Numbered from the stretch's first letter, positions 12,068-24,885 are shown. The stretch is 64,000 bases of DNA from Octopus sinensis (GCF_006345805.1 NC_043022.1:23560001-23624000); one strand, 5' to 3'. Program-made: numbers and translations. The notes: a model not told the origin generated them from the letters alone.

Positions 12068-13099
12068 TGATGAATATGCGATGAGGGTATGAGGATGTAA
12101 ATGAAATTGCCACAATAACAGGAAAATAGGAATATTATGTTTATCACTCGCCAAATGTTATACAGGTTTCATTACTTTTAATATATGCAACATGTTGCAG
12201 TCAATAATTCACTTGTTATTCTACATTGCTGTTTTCTACAATAAGAGCTCTTCTTAATTTCACAAGTGTTTTACTTGTAAATGTATTAAAAACTACAAAA
12301 ATATAAGCATATTTACACATGGGTACATGATATTTTGTAAAAGCTTTGAAAGGATAGGTTTAGTTTATGCTAAAGCTGCACATTTACAGCATATTTGACA
12401 CATTCCTGGAAAAAGCTACAAATGTGCACAATAACCATTATTATTTAGATTCACTGTAAAAGTTCCTGAAGAACAATATTTTTTGTATAGATATGAGGAA
12501 GCACCAACACACCTTGGCTTTCTGAATGTTCAATCTGTAATTTCAATTATTTGTTTTATTTTGTTATTCTAGTTAAATGAAGAAATACATGATTGTAGTG
12601 TAATAAGTAAATAGGCTAAAACTGAAAACATGATACCTCACAGTAAGTTGAATATAAAGTAATATATGAAGTAGAATAATTAATAGTAGAATAAGGGTAT
12701 ATATAGAAGTATATATAAATATGTATTAAATATATATACATATATATTGATGACAAAGCATATTACATATGTTGATTAGGTTTACCAATGAGAAAAAGGA
12801 GAAAATTAATTTGATCATCATAATTTATGAACATAAAAACATTAATAGAGCATTATGAAACAAAGAAATCAATCCTGTGTTGAATAGTTAAGAAAGTAAA
12901 TCAAATAAAGGGGAACAACTTAAACAGCTTCTAATGCTCACACACACAGCCACAGCAATGTAAAATCAGATAAATTGACTGAGGTCAAAGCTTATTTCTC
13001 AAAAAACAAAAACAACATAGTAAAAAAAGATGTAGCTTGTTAGTTGAAATATACCTTTATACGCCCATAAAATTATTAACCATCTTACAAACAATAACT

Positions 13100-13447
13100 C
13101 TGAACACCTTTTCAAAGTCCACCTGTCTAACACCCATGGACATGTTTACAAAGTCAGAAAACAGCACAGCTCCCATGACTTTTAGAAACATTTTTTCACG
13201 CTAAGAGCTGCTGAAGCATGGAACAGACTGCCGGCATCAGTTGTTAGTTGTCGGAGCACTGCATCCTTCAAAACTTCCATGCTTCCTGAGATTCGTCAAC
13301 TCTACACCTGATTTTCTTCCCTCCATACACACGCAAGCATGTATCTGACTCATACACTGTTTGCTTTCCAGACATTTGTACATCACTGCATATACTTTAT
13401 ACGCACTTTTGACAAGTTGTGGTGCACCTGAGCACTGTATACAATAA

Positions 13448-13482
<35 letters not shown>
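13100..13482 (+). mobile_element. CR1-like LINE 3' end
   Basis: Gives HGHVYKVRKQ.. and RAAEAWNRLPASVVSC...FK across a frameshift, followed by a 3'UTR and an (ATT)n tail. Confidence 0.8.
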
Positions 13483-13485
<3 letters not shown>

Positions 13486-13859
13486 GTTTACAGTTCCAAT
13501 ATAGGTAGGATTAACAAAAAAAGAACTCCATCCAAGGAGAGATAAATATCATTTAGTATGCACAATAACAAAAGAGCTACAATAGTTTCATGCTTTTAAG
13601 ATATGTTAATTTGTCAGATTTATATAACATGCCATTTATCTCCAAGCAACAAAGCCTGAAAAATTACATGGAGATACATGGCATGTTATATAATGCTGCC
13701 AAATTATTGTATCTCTAAAGCATGAAACTATTAGTGGCTCTGTTGTAAATGTGTATATTAAATGATATATATATGTATGTATGTGTGTGTACGTACATAT
13801 GTGTGTGTGTGTGTGTGTGTTTTCATAGTTTCTTTTTAAATGTTGCATCTCTATTACAG

Positions 13860-14147
13860 TGCTTGGCATCCCACCAACAATAGTACAGTCTATAGAAACT
13901 GTGACGGCACTGAGGGGGAGCCCCGCTCGGTTGCAGTGTTGTGTCACAAGTGACCCTGAAGCTACAGTTTCATGGAAATTCAAGGGCAAAGAAATTCATT
14001 CAGATGGCCGCATCCAGATAACTCAAGATAGTGACCTACATTACCTTGACATCAGTCATGTGATGCCAGAAGATGATGGCTGCTACGAGTTCACAGCTAC
14101 TAACCCATTGGGTAACTTAACATGCACAAGTTACATTATAGTTAAAG
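13860..14147 (+). CDS. Exon encoding I-set immunoglobulin domain 2 (phase 1-1, 96 codons)
   Basis: Translates to (V)LGIPPTIVQSIETVTALRGSPARLQCCVTSDPEATVSWKFKGKEI..DGR....DDGCYEFTATNPLGNLTCTSYIIVK. Acceptor ctattacAG (13858-59), donor AAAG|gtaaga. It joins in frame to the previous exon (..AELS-V-LGIPP..). Confidence 0.92.
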
Positions 14148-14187
14148 GTAAGATCACATTAGACAAATTTTTCTTTATAGGTTTTTG

Positions 14188-14447
14188 AAACCTATATGAT
14201 GAATAGAAGGGGACTGAGGGCTGAGCCTTGGTGGATGCCAACTTCTACCCGGAATTCTCCACTGTACTCATTGCCAAACCTAACCTTACTAACAGCCTCT
14301 CTGTAAAGGGCCTGTACAGCCCTTATTAACCATTCGTTAATATCCAGTTTCCACATCGCCCACCAGATAAGGGATCGGGGGACCCTGTCAAAGGCTTTCT
14401 CCAAGTCCACAAAAGCTAAGTATAGGGGTTTTATCTTTGGCTAGGTA
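14188..14447 (-). mobile_element. RTE LINE RT fragment, about 40 bp downstream of the Ig2 exon donor
   Basis: Translates to FVDLEKAFDRVPRSLIWWAM..NEWLIRAVQALY..GIHQGSALSPLLFII. Confidence 0.9.
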
Positions 14448-14459
14448 TATATATGTATC

Positions 14460-14491
<32 letters not shown>

Positions 14492-15294
14492 TGGAGCATA
14501 AAAGAATATGAAGAAAATATGTAATTTCTTCACTCAACAGCTGTTTCAAGAATCCTAGAGTTACATAAATAATCATAATTTTCATGTGAAATGTGCAAAA
14601 AGTCAAGGGTATGTAACTAGTAACCAGTCACATGAAGATACTACAATAACTCCAGTTCTCCTCATCAAAAGAAGATTGGAAAATGCAGTTTATATAGTAG
14701 TGCTAGCAAATATAAATGGTCGAAGGGAGAGAGAAAGCAGAATAAGATCTAAGGGCCAGGGAAAGAGGAATTTCTAGAGCATGAGAAGAAAGGAACAGGG
14801 ATAGAACAGAAGAAACAAAGAAAGTAAGGGAGAAGATAAAGTTAAAACCTGGCAAAAACAAACTACTTAATATTTTCTTGTAACAGGAATTATGTAATGC
14901 ACACTTTAGTTTCTGCTATAAGATGCAGTACACACAGCCATTTCTACTATAAAATGCAGAGCTGAGTGTTTGTGCAACACATTATGGCTTCCTCAGAGCT
15001 TCTAAAATGAAGTGCATGTTTAGTTGGGAAAGCATTTAAAGGAAGAAGCTCCAAGGAAACTTTAAGATGATACACAAGCACCTAGCTCTGTACGCACTGC
15101 ATCTTATAACAGAAACAGCTGTTTCATTGTTGTTTATTTAATTTCATATTATACACTGTACTTTATTCTGAAATACATGTATATTGAGTTCTAATACTAT
15201 ATTACTAAAATCACTATGCTTAAGTGAAATCTAAATGGTTAAAAGGTACACCATATACCAAGAGTATTCAGTAAAATCCAACAGGAATTACTCA

Positions 15295-15879
15295 TATTCC
15301 ATCCAATGAAGTGCCCACACATGGCTATTGCTAAAAAATATTCAACTATATAGTAACTATAAAGGATGATCTATAATGGTATATGAATATAAACTCAGCA
15401 ACCTAAAGCTGATGTGTAGTGCAAAAACAAATGTTGTGAACTATTATTAAAGCCTGATATCTTGTATCCTCATGTTATATTATCCTTGCATGTGTGTATA
15501 TATCATCATCATCATCATCATCATTTAACGTCCGCTTTCAATGCTAGCACGGGTTGGACGATTATGACTGAGGGCTGGCGAGCCAGATGGCTGCACCAGG
15601 CTCCAATCTTGATCTGGCTGAGTTTCTACTGCTGGATGCCCTTCCTAACGCCAACCACTCCGAGAGTGTAGTGGGTGATTTTTACGTGCCACCAGCACAG
15701 GGGCCACTAAGGCAGTACTGGCAATGACCTCGCTCGAATCTTTTAACACGTGCCAGCGAAGCAACATTGGCAACGATCACGCTCGAATGGTGCCCATGTA
15801 CATGCCACGGGTATGGAAGCCAGTTGGCTGCTCTGGCAACGATCACACTCAATATATATATATATATATATATAATATA

Positions 15880-15912
<33 letters not shown>

Positions 15913-15947
15913 GATATATATATATATACATACACATACATACATAA

Positions 15948-15992
<45 letters not shown>

Positions 15993-16191
15993 TATAATAT
16001 AGTATTCCACCTGATGAAGCATCCTCACATGACTGTTGCCGGAAAATATTCAACTATATCATAGAATGACCTATAATGATATATGAATATAAACTCAGCA
16101 ACCTAAAGCTGATGTGTGGTGCAGAAACAAATGTTGTGGCTTACTACTAAAGCTTGATATCTTCCATCCTCGCGTTATATTATTCTTATAC
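15295..16191 (+). repeat. ~190-bp direct repeat (15295-15491 and 16003-16191)
   Basis: Both copies contain TATGAATATAAACTCAGCAACCTAAAGCTGATGTGT and are co-linear end to end. Confidence 0.88.
15503..15850 (-). mobile_element. RTE 3'UTR-only (5'-truncated) copy
   Basis: Co-linear with 10256-10570, with a (CAT)n tail on the + strand. Further copies lie at about 20905-21170 (-), 27520-28010 (-), 45060-45215 (+), 55095-55220 (+) and 61855-62100 (+). Confidence 0.8.
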
Positions 16192-16479
16192 ATCTCTCTA
16201 TCTAGCTATCTATATACACAAACATGCATACATGATGTGTGTGTGTGTGTAAACAAACAAATGCATACATTTATATGTACATACATGTATATTTACAACC
16301 ACTGTGTAAATCTTCTCTGAGCTATGCTACATCACGCATTTCCTTCTCTTCCTCATCCAACACCTACTCCTCCTCCTTTCCCCCTGCCCCCTCTCTCCTC
16401 TTTACCCCCTCCCCCACCCTTTACGTCAATTTAAACTGTTTAACTATTCTCTTCCCCTTTATCTACGGAGGATCTTGGC

Positions 16480-16640
16480 ACTCGTGTGTCTATCTATGTG
16501 ATATTGATAGGCAGTGCCTGCAGCTGTTGGGAGGAAGGATTTCTTAGAACTTTGCTTTGCTTTCTCGAACTCCATCTGAAGATAACGGCCACTAAACGCA
16601 GCAACACTTGAATTAAACAAGGAATATTCAATCAGAAACT
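16480..16640 (-). mobile_element. Possible LINE C-terminal fragment (Rex/Babar-like)
   Basis: SGRYLQM...KKSFLPTAA resembles the LINE C-terminal pattern SGRR...NSFxPxAI. Confidence 0.35.
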
Positions 16641-16984
16641 GGAGTTTATAAATTAATATGATTAAAATAGGGAAAAAGAGGGTGGTGTTCTCTTTCCACT
16701 TCTTTAAATCTTCCCCTTCTCTTCCTCCTTTTCCAACCTTGCCTCTTCCTTGTTTCTCCACTAATTCCTCCTCCCCACCCTCAGCTGTGATACCAGCAGA
16801 CTTATATTCAAGAACGTTCCGGCCCTGAAAACACTCCATCTTCTATTCAGACATAAATGAGATGATGCAGCTTGGCTTTGTTCCTGGAAGAGGCCCCATG
16901 GATGAAATCTTCCTTGTGGGGCAACTGCAGGAGAAATACTTGGTTATGAATAAACTGCTATTCCTGCCATTCATTGATCCAAAG

Positions 16985-17227
16985 AAGTGGTTCTCAGCCA
17001 GGGTCCGTATGACCATTGGAAGTCCGTATAAAATTTTGCTAATTTACCTGCAATAAACTGGTTATACTTCTACAAAATATTTTGACAATTTTTTAATGCA
17101 ATTCTTAATAATATCTAATTATTAAAATATAATTGGAATTTTTTATCAGTGAATGGCTATGGGGGTCCACCTAAGTGAAACTGGAACCAAAGGGGTCCAT
17201 TGGTAAAAAAGTGGTCGGAAACCACTG
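16985..17227. mobile_element. hAT (Charlie/Buster-type) MITE
   Basis: Ends AAGTGGTTCTCAGCC and GGTCGGAAACCACTG. The 8-bp TSD is ATCCAAAG/ATCTAGAG (NTCTAGAN-like). It interrupts an RTE RT at F-I-D|LEKAF. Confidence 0.8.
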
Positions 17228-17442
17228 ATCTAGAGAAAGCATTTGGCAGAGTACCACACTCAGTAATTTGGGGATGTTTAAGGAAAACTAGGTGTAAATG
17301 AATGGCTTGTAAGGGCTGTACAAGCTATGTACAAAAATGCAGTGAGCAAAGTGAGAGTCATCAACGATTTCAGTGATTAAGTTCATCAAGTTTCAGTCCT
17401 CAGAATTCATCATAGTCCTAAGACCATCACAGAGGAGTTTAA

Positions 17443-17657
17443 CCTTTTAGCATTCAGATTACTCAGTCAAATGTAATACTTATTCAATCACATTGTTTTG
17501 AATTAATCATGCATTATTTCATAGCTTTGGGATTTTGATGATGTGATTATTTTTAGAATGACATTGTAGGGTATGTATGAGAGACAAAAACTGGCTGGTG
17601 TGAACATAAAACAGGTAAATGTTTAGGCTGGATTTGGTTGGTTTAAATGTGAAAAGG
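17443..17657. mobile_element. piggyBac-type MITE
   Basis: TTAA TSD on both sides, with TIRs CCTTTTAGCATT and AATGTGAAAAGG. Excision restores the RTE reading TEEFKTGCPW. Confidence 0.8.
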
Positions 17658-18039
17658 TTAAGACTGGATGTCCTTGGAAACTCCAATATGCTGATGACCT
17701 AGCTCTATAGCAGAATTAGAAAGGAAATTCTAGGCATGAATCGAGATGTCTCAAGGCATGAATCGAGATGTTAGCAAAGATGAAGGTTATAGTAAGTAGG
17801 AAAGAAGACAGAACCTTGGTATTTTCTGGACAGTGACTAGTGTGAGGTTGTGGTCAACAGCACATACCTATAAATAACAGCTCCAACCCACCAAATATTA
17901 ACTAACAAAAATTTACTTCAATCAGTTCACTTCAAGGATGACCAAATGGATGGACCCTGATAAAACTACACCGAAAATATTGCAAGATTGCATTTGTAAC
18001 AGTGACTAGTTGTTGCAGTGGAAACATATGTAGGTCATT

Positions 18040-19127
18040 ATAAAATTTGGAAACATGTACTGCTTGGCATTCATGCAGGAAGCTCCAATATGAACATTTC
18101 AGAGTGATTGGGTGTCAATCTGAGGACAGTGCAGATGATTCAGAAAGAGTTAGATGAGTCTAACCATCATCATTCTAATAAGAAAAGAACTCCTGAATTT
18201 GTTGGTGAGATCCAGGCCATGATTGACGACAGTCCCTCCGAGGCAATCAGGTCCATTGCCAGGGATATGGGAGTGTCTGAGTTTCTTATCAGGCAGGTTG
18301 TGCATAAAGACATTTGGTATTACTCATTCAAGATGAGAAAGAGCCAATTTTTATCCCAAGCCATCAAGAACAAAAGGAAAGACCACGCTACGAAGCTTTT
18401 GAACAAACTCAAGCATCCCCTCCAACTGAACATGCTTTGGTTTTTCACAGACAAAACAAATGTCTGCCAGGGTCAGATGGTGAACACACAGAACAACTGT
18501 TGCTTGTTGTGTCCCCAAAACATGTACTGAGAGTGATAAAAATCAAACATCCAGTCAACATCATGGTGTTTGGAGTGATCACTAGTGATACTTCCACTTC
18601 CATTCATCTTCCCACATGGCCTCAGACTCAACACGGAGGCCTACATCAAGTGCCTGGGGGAGGAAGTGCTGCCCTGGGTCAAGAGGGTGGCTGCTGGAAG
18701 ACCCTGTGTCTAGCAACAGGACTGTACCATACCACACAAGCAGGAGAACCCAGTCATGGCTGTCAGACAATTTCTGTGACCACATCTGGCCACTTAACTC
18801 CCCAGATTGCAACACCTTTGATTAGTATGTGTGGGACACAGTTGAGTGAGAGACCAACAAAACTCTTTGTAACACCAAAGATGAACTGAAGGCAAGGATT
18901 ATGGCAGCATTCACCAACTTAAGGAGATCATCCAAAAGAGTTCCTAGAGATTCCAAAGTTGTCTGGAGGCCAAGGTTGAAGCCAATGGCAATTTTATAGA
19001 ATAAATTTAGTCTTCAGTATTTCAAGATATTTTTATGTAATTTTGGTAAATATGTCTGTTAAAATGAGATGTCAGTGTTATTTTCAATTTTGCCTAATTT
19101 AGACGACAATTTATTCACCACACTCTG
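18040..19127 (+). mobile_element. Decayed Tc1/mariner element, maT (DD37D)-type
   Basis: Translates to KRTPEFVGEIQAMIDDSPS..IRSIARDMGVSEFLIRQVVH, WFFTDKTN, IMVFGVITSD, QQD..YHTSRRTQSWL and WPLNSPDCNTFD. The 3' TIR GACAATTTATTCACCACACTCTG is followed by TA. The 5' boundary is uncertain. Confidence 0.88.
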
Positions 19128-19176
19128 TATATATGCATATATCTATAATGCATGTGTATGTGTGTATATATATATG

Positions 19177-19220
<44 letters not shown>

Positions 19221-19304
19221 ACACATATATACACACATATATATGTGTGTGTGCATGTATATTAATGCATGGATATGTATGCATGTATGTATATATATGC
19301 ATGC

Positions 19305-19360
<56 letters not shown>

Positions 19361-19508
19361 GTATGTATATATATGCATGTATGTATATGCATGTTTCATC
19401 ATCATTGTTTAAATGTCTGTTTTCCATGTATATATATATATATATGTATGCGTGTATATGTATATATATATATGCATATATGATTATACATATATACATA
19501 TATATATA

Positions 19509-19552
<44 letters not shown>

Positions 19553-19594
19553 TATATATATATAATATATATATATATGCATGTATGTGTATGC

Positions 19595-19631
<37 letters not shown>

Positions 19632-19715
19632 TATATATATTTTTATCTATATCTATATATATGTATGCATGTATATCTATTTCTGTGTGTGTATACACAT
19701 AAACATACATACATA
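19128..19715. repeat. Long compound (TA)n/(TATG)n microsatellite
   Basis: Directly visible, just upstream of the exon at 19755. Confidence 0.95.
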
Positions 19716-19754
19716 TGTAAAAAAGCTTCTAATTGGAGAAATCATTTCTTTTAG

Positions 19755-20446
19755 AAAATCAAGAGACTTTTCAAGAATTCCAAGCAATTCCTAAATTCAC
19801 TGAAGGAAGTAAATTCAGCACCAGTGAATCCAGAGAAGGCATTGGAACCAATGATACCAGTGAAACCTGTCTGCCAAAATATTCCAGCTTTTCTTCCAGT
19901 CCTACTTCAAACCACACACCAGCAACCAATGTTGTGCTTGCTAAAAATTATCTTTCTAGTCGACTGCAGAGCCTTGCAGGTTCAAGTTCTGCAACAGACC
20001 CTCCAAATATTTTGTTCAGGAGTTGTAACCAACGGGGACTAATACAGGGAATATTTGGTGTACCAGGAATCTGCAAGGGAGAAAGCAAGAGTAATACTGA
20101 AAACAGAATGGAAAAGACTGTTTGTTGCCCTCAGTTCGGAGAACCTGGGGAAGAAATGTCCCAGATGAGGTCATTTAATTCTGAAGACAATGTTTCTAGG
20201 ATATTTACCAATATTACAGGAAACTTTACCACTGCTTCGGAAAAGTTTACCTCAGCTTCAGAAAAATATACCTCTTCCTCAGGGAACTTTACCACTGTTC
20301 CAGGGAAATCTACCACTGTTCCTGGAAGATTTACATCTGTTTCGGAAAACTTTACCATTGCCTCGGGAAAATTTACAGATACCTCAAGCAACTTTACTAC
20401 AGAAACTTTACAACCTCAGATAGTTTTTGCCCGGCAATATCGTAAG
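19755..20446 (+). CDS. Large coding exon (Ser/Thr-rich linker with a 7-aa repeat) of the same gene
   Basis: About 0.7 kb is open. Acceptor atttcttttAG (19753-54) is in phase 1 and matches the donor at 14147 (G|AA = Glu). The 3' end is ambiguous: AAG|gtatgt (20446, phase 0), TATC|gtaagg (20441, phase 1) or read-through to the stop at 20459-61. Confidence 0.7.
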
Positions 20447-22821
20447 GTATGTTATTTTTGACTTTATCTTTCACTTCCATGCAAGTATTCATAAAGTACT
20501 CACAAAGTTACATCAGAAGCTTATGCATGATTGCTTAACTTGCTAGATATAGCAGCCAAACATCTCTCAAATCACACCTTACTGTCTTAAATAAAGAAAG
20601 ACATAACCTTGAAAGATGAGATGGTCATGACTGGAACACCTTTGATCATAGGATTAATGAATCAGAGTTTACCTGAGATTAAATAACAACAACGACAACA
20701 AACAAGGCCACTAACATTGTATTACATGACACATTGCATGATGTAATCTTAAATTCTCTACAACTGAATAAAAAATGGAATAGTCGTGTTGGAACACCTT
20801 TGATTATAAGTCTGTTCAGTCAAGGACCTGCAGTTAAACAACTATAGTTACTAATACTCACTGTTATACTATACATTAGATAAAGTAGTTCTAGATGCAC
20901 TCATTGCCATCATCATTTTACATCTGTGTTCCATGCTGGTATGTGTTGGATGATTTGACATGATTCAATGCATCCAAGGTTTGCATCTTGCTCCAGTGCC
21001 TCCTTTGACAAGGTTTCTATAAGTAGATGTCCTTCCTAATACCAACCACTTTACAGTGTATACTGTAATGCCATCAACACCAGTGAGGTCACTATGCAAT
21101 TTGCAAGCCTGTGAAACCTGAGGAGAGGGGCTTTGTGCTAGCAGATAAGGATTAAAGTATATGGATTATCATGGTTGGATCACTTTAAATTATAGGTATG
21201 TTGGATCAAAGTTAACCTGGGGCTAAAAATCAGTAACAACAATAACTTCAAGAAATAGCAACAAAATCTCCCTAAGATCATACCATACCATCTTAATCAT
21301 TGAAAGACACATTAAATAATTAGTCCAACATTTTTTAAAAAGATAGGCTGGTTATGATTATGACCAGTCTATTATAGGGCTGTTTTAACAGCATTATAGG
21401 CTCCCAGGTAAATCATTACACTGGGCTCTTTAGCATTTATTTAGTGACAGTGACAGCAAACCACATCATATATAGATCATAACTGTGCACCTAGACCTGT
21501 CTATTGTGCCAATGCTGTTAAATGATATTGGTCATCACAGGGTTTCATAGATCTATTCAATTGAAGTTTACCTGTGGCTAAACAACAAATACCATATGAT
21601 ATTTGTTCTTCCTGATTTGCATAGATTCTTCCTTTTACTTTTGCTATCATAAATGCAGTGAATCAGGGATTGGCCAGTTATAAACCTATAAATATCTGTG
21701 ATATTGCTAATGAAATGCAAGATATGAAAATATATAAAAATAAAATATTTTTCAGTGTCTTCTTTTAGCTTTGCTTTAGCAGACCTATTATCAAAGACAA
21801 TACAGCTATGACCATCCCCTCAATTATCTCCAAAATATATAGTAACTAGAGCTGCTATAACGATTGTGACGTTCTGATTTTTTAAAACAAGAGAGTAGAA
21901 TGTGATTTCAGAGAGATTTATCTGCTATTTCTTACATGGTTGAATGACCACATAATGACTAATGATTTGTAGGTATGTGGTATTTCGTTATGCAACCATG
22001 ATATACTATAAAGTATAGTAAATGATTTTGTACCACATTGTACTATGTTAGCAGTGCTTTTTACGTTATTTTGTTAAGGTTAGCAAAAATCAGTGCTGGC
22101 TATAATTTCTATAGAATATCTATAGAAACAATCTTAACAAAATAATTACATAAAGACTCACATTATTGTTGCTGATGTGTCATACCAGACTGGTCTTGAT
22201 TACATAGACCTGTAACCAGAGGCATTCCAGTTATGACCATCCCATAACACATCTAGATTTTCAATCTTGGCTTTCACCTGTTTCATTTATTGGACTACAG
22301 CCATGTTGGGGCTACACTTTGAAGGGTTTTAGTTGAATGAACAGACATCAGTGCTTATATTTTTTTAGCCTGATACTTATTCTAATGGAATCTTTTGCGA
22401 AATATCTAAGTTATGGGAACATAAATAAACCATCACTAGTTGTGAAGTGGTGGTGGCACATACACACACAATGGGCTTTGTCAGCTTTTGTCTATTACAT
22501 TGTAGAAGACACTTGCCCAAGGTGTCATACAGTGAAATGAACCTGGAATCATGTGGGTTGGGAAGCAACAGTTTAGTATGATTGAAGGTGATTTGGTTGT
22601 TATTTCTTGCAGACAGAGAAACTATGAATAGCAGAGGCTCCCCACCTTTTCCCTTCCAAGTATATATAACCCTTATATTTAAATCAATTACTCCACAGAC
22701 CTCAGGTTTCTGAAAAGATTATCTGTACAATAAACCCATTTTATTAATTAACAACAAAATTTATTTGCACACTTTCATCTTTCAATTAAAACATATCTGT
22801 TATTGGATAATTATATGTTAC

Positions 22822-23165
22822 AGGCATGGCTGTGTGGTTGGAAACTTGCTTCCCAATCATGTAGTCTTGGGTTCAGTTTCACTGCATGACCCCTATAGCA
22901 AGTGTATTCTACTATAGCCCCAAAACTCATGAGTAGATTTGGTTGATAGAAACTGAAAGAAGCTTGTTACATGTGTGTGTGTGTGTGTTTTTGTGTTTGT
23001 CCTCCACTACTACTTGACAACTAGAGTTGGTTTGTTAACATCCCTGTAAAAAGAAACTGATAGAATAAGTACCAGGCTTGAAAATAAGTACTGGGGTCGA
23101 TTTGTTTGACTAAATCATTCAAGGCTGTACCCCAGCATGGCTACTGTCCAAACACAGAAAGGCAT
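22822..23165 (+). mobile_element. Family-B SINE
   Basis: Same head/(TG)n/tail organisation. Further copies or fragments lie at about 3275-3405 (-), 3785-4468 (-), 6750-7075 (+), 7150-7290 (-), 22260-22570 (-), 27240-28320 (+, nested), 31130-31245 plus 32520-32975 (-, split by mariner), 33970-34385 (+), 36070-36400 (-), 52085-52470 (-), 59790-59960 (+) and 63030-63185 (+). Confidence 0.85.
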
Positions 23166-23268
23166 AAAAAGAAAATAGATAAATAATAAAGCAGCTAAGT
23201 ATACATTTTACACAGCAGCCTTTTAAAGATTTGATCACATTACATGAACCCACACAGTTCTACTTTAA

Positions 23269-23506
23269 CCCTTTTGTTACCATATTTCAGCTGAAATGTA
23301 TTAACCTTTTTTCAATTAATTTATTTTACTTGTAAAAAGTTTGTACCATGCATCTCTGGAGATGTCACAGGCAATTTGGTATCAAACAGCTTCAGTAAAA
23401 TAACAAATTTTTCTGAAAGGTTTTGTTCAGATCACTTTAAAAAGTAAAGAGATTGTATTATAGAATCTGGTGCAATCTGTGGTGTGGTAGATAGGTATCA
23501 AAAGAG
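23269..23506. mobile_element. piggyBac-type MITE
   Basis: TTAA|CCCTTTTGTTACC ... GGTATCAAAAGAG|TTAA. Confidence 0.75.
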
Positions 23507-24096
23507 TTAAATATTCATGGATGTCTATGGGCCTCAGGTTGTGGACTGCTAGTGTAGAAGTAGCTTCATTAGCTCCCAAATGAAATTATAAACTCTGTCA
23601 TCTGGAATGTATTTAGAGGTTTGTGGTTTGCTGTTGGTGGAAAGATTAAAAGAGAAAGTGAGAGGTGATGAGATAAGAGACAGTGTGGTGATAGGTTGGA
23701 CCTCACACATGATATACAATGTTGATGTAATGATATATGATACCATAAACCTGGCCAACCCTAGCCAGCATGGTGAAATAAACATAAGTATGAGCATTAT
23801 GCTGCTGTTGATGATGATGATGGTAAGCATGTACACATGTACACACCTACACATATACAGATAAACATACATACACATATACATAAACATGCTTTCCTAT
23901 GCACATAGATACTATAGAGAGCAACATAATTATAAATTATGCACATATCGAGTCATACCTCTGTAACTCTCTCTCTCTCTGTATATGTGTGTGTGTGTAT
24001 AAATAGACATGTGCAAACATACACATGTTAATACACAAGCATACATAATATATATTTATCTAGATATTTATTCAACTATTTATATATATTTGTGTA

Positions 24097-24134
<38 letters not shown>

Positions 24135-24144
24135 CATACACACA

Positions 24145-24885
24145 CAAGGCCTGATCAATAAGTATACAGATTGGTCCTATAAAAACAGAACTATAACACG
24201 TACCAATTTGGCATTTAATCTCTTTTAAAGTAGTCCCCTTCAGAAGCCACACACTTAATCTAGTGCTGTTTCCATTGATGGAAGCATTCCTGGAACTCGT
24301 TTTCTGGGATAATCAGCAGCTGCCTCCTTGCATTCACTTTGATTTCCTCGACATCCTGAAATCTTCCTTTCAAGCAGGATTTAATTTTTGGAAAGAGTCA
24401 AAAGTCTCAAAGGGTGAGATCTGGGGAATACAGTGGCTGTGGACCTGGGTAATGCTGTGCCTAGCCAAAAGCTGCTGCACAAGCTGTGCTGAATGAGCAG
24501 GTGCGTTGTCATGTTGCAATTGCCACTCATTGGATGCATGCAATTGTGGCCTTTTCCGATGAATAGCATCCTGCAAATGCAGCAAAACTTCATGGTGGTA
24601 TTCCTCATTTACTGTCTGATCAGGTGGAGCATATTCATGGTGAATAATCCCCTTCTAGTCAAAGGAAATGGTTACATTGCTTTCTTTTGTCTTGGAGAGG
24701 TTGGGGTCTTCCACTGGAAAGACTGAGCCTTTGTTTCAGGGTCATAGCCATAGACCCACAACTCAACACCCATTATGACCGTTTTCAAAAAGTTTTCATC
24801 GTTCTCCATACAATCAAAGAAATCTTGTGCAACTGACACCTGAGTGTCTTTTTGGTCAGTTGAAAGCAGTTTTTGGCACAAACTT
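24145..24885 (-). mobile_element. 5'-truncated decayed mariner (DD34D-type) transposon
   Basis: Translates to KLLSTDQK..VSVAQD..NDENFLKTVIMGVELWVYGYDPETKAQS.QWKTPTSPR and AIHRKRPQL..WQLQHDNAPAHSA. One TIR-like end (AAGGCCTGATCAATAAGTA) is present at 24145. Confidence 0.88.

Larger units (their letters stand above)
16845..17830 (+). mobile_element. RTE LINE RT fragment interrupted by two MITEs
   Basis: Translates to QLGFVPGRGPMDEIFLVGQLQEKYL | LEKAFGRVPHSVIW..NEWLVRAVQAMY | TGCPWKLQYADDLAL. Confidence 0.85.

Noticed and set aside
19069-19794. Long ORFs of YI/CV/HT dipeptides (also 11349-11805, 29057-30092, 58173-59804 and many others)
   Set aside because: These are translations of (TA)n, (TG)n and (CA)n microsatellites, which lack stops in some frames.
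22614-22660. Candidate exon after ttatttcttgcAG
   Set aside because: The acceptor belongs to a dispersed repeat motif (GCTGCTATTTCTAGCAG-like, also at about 6560 and 21920), and the donor is weak.
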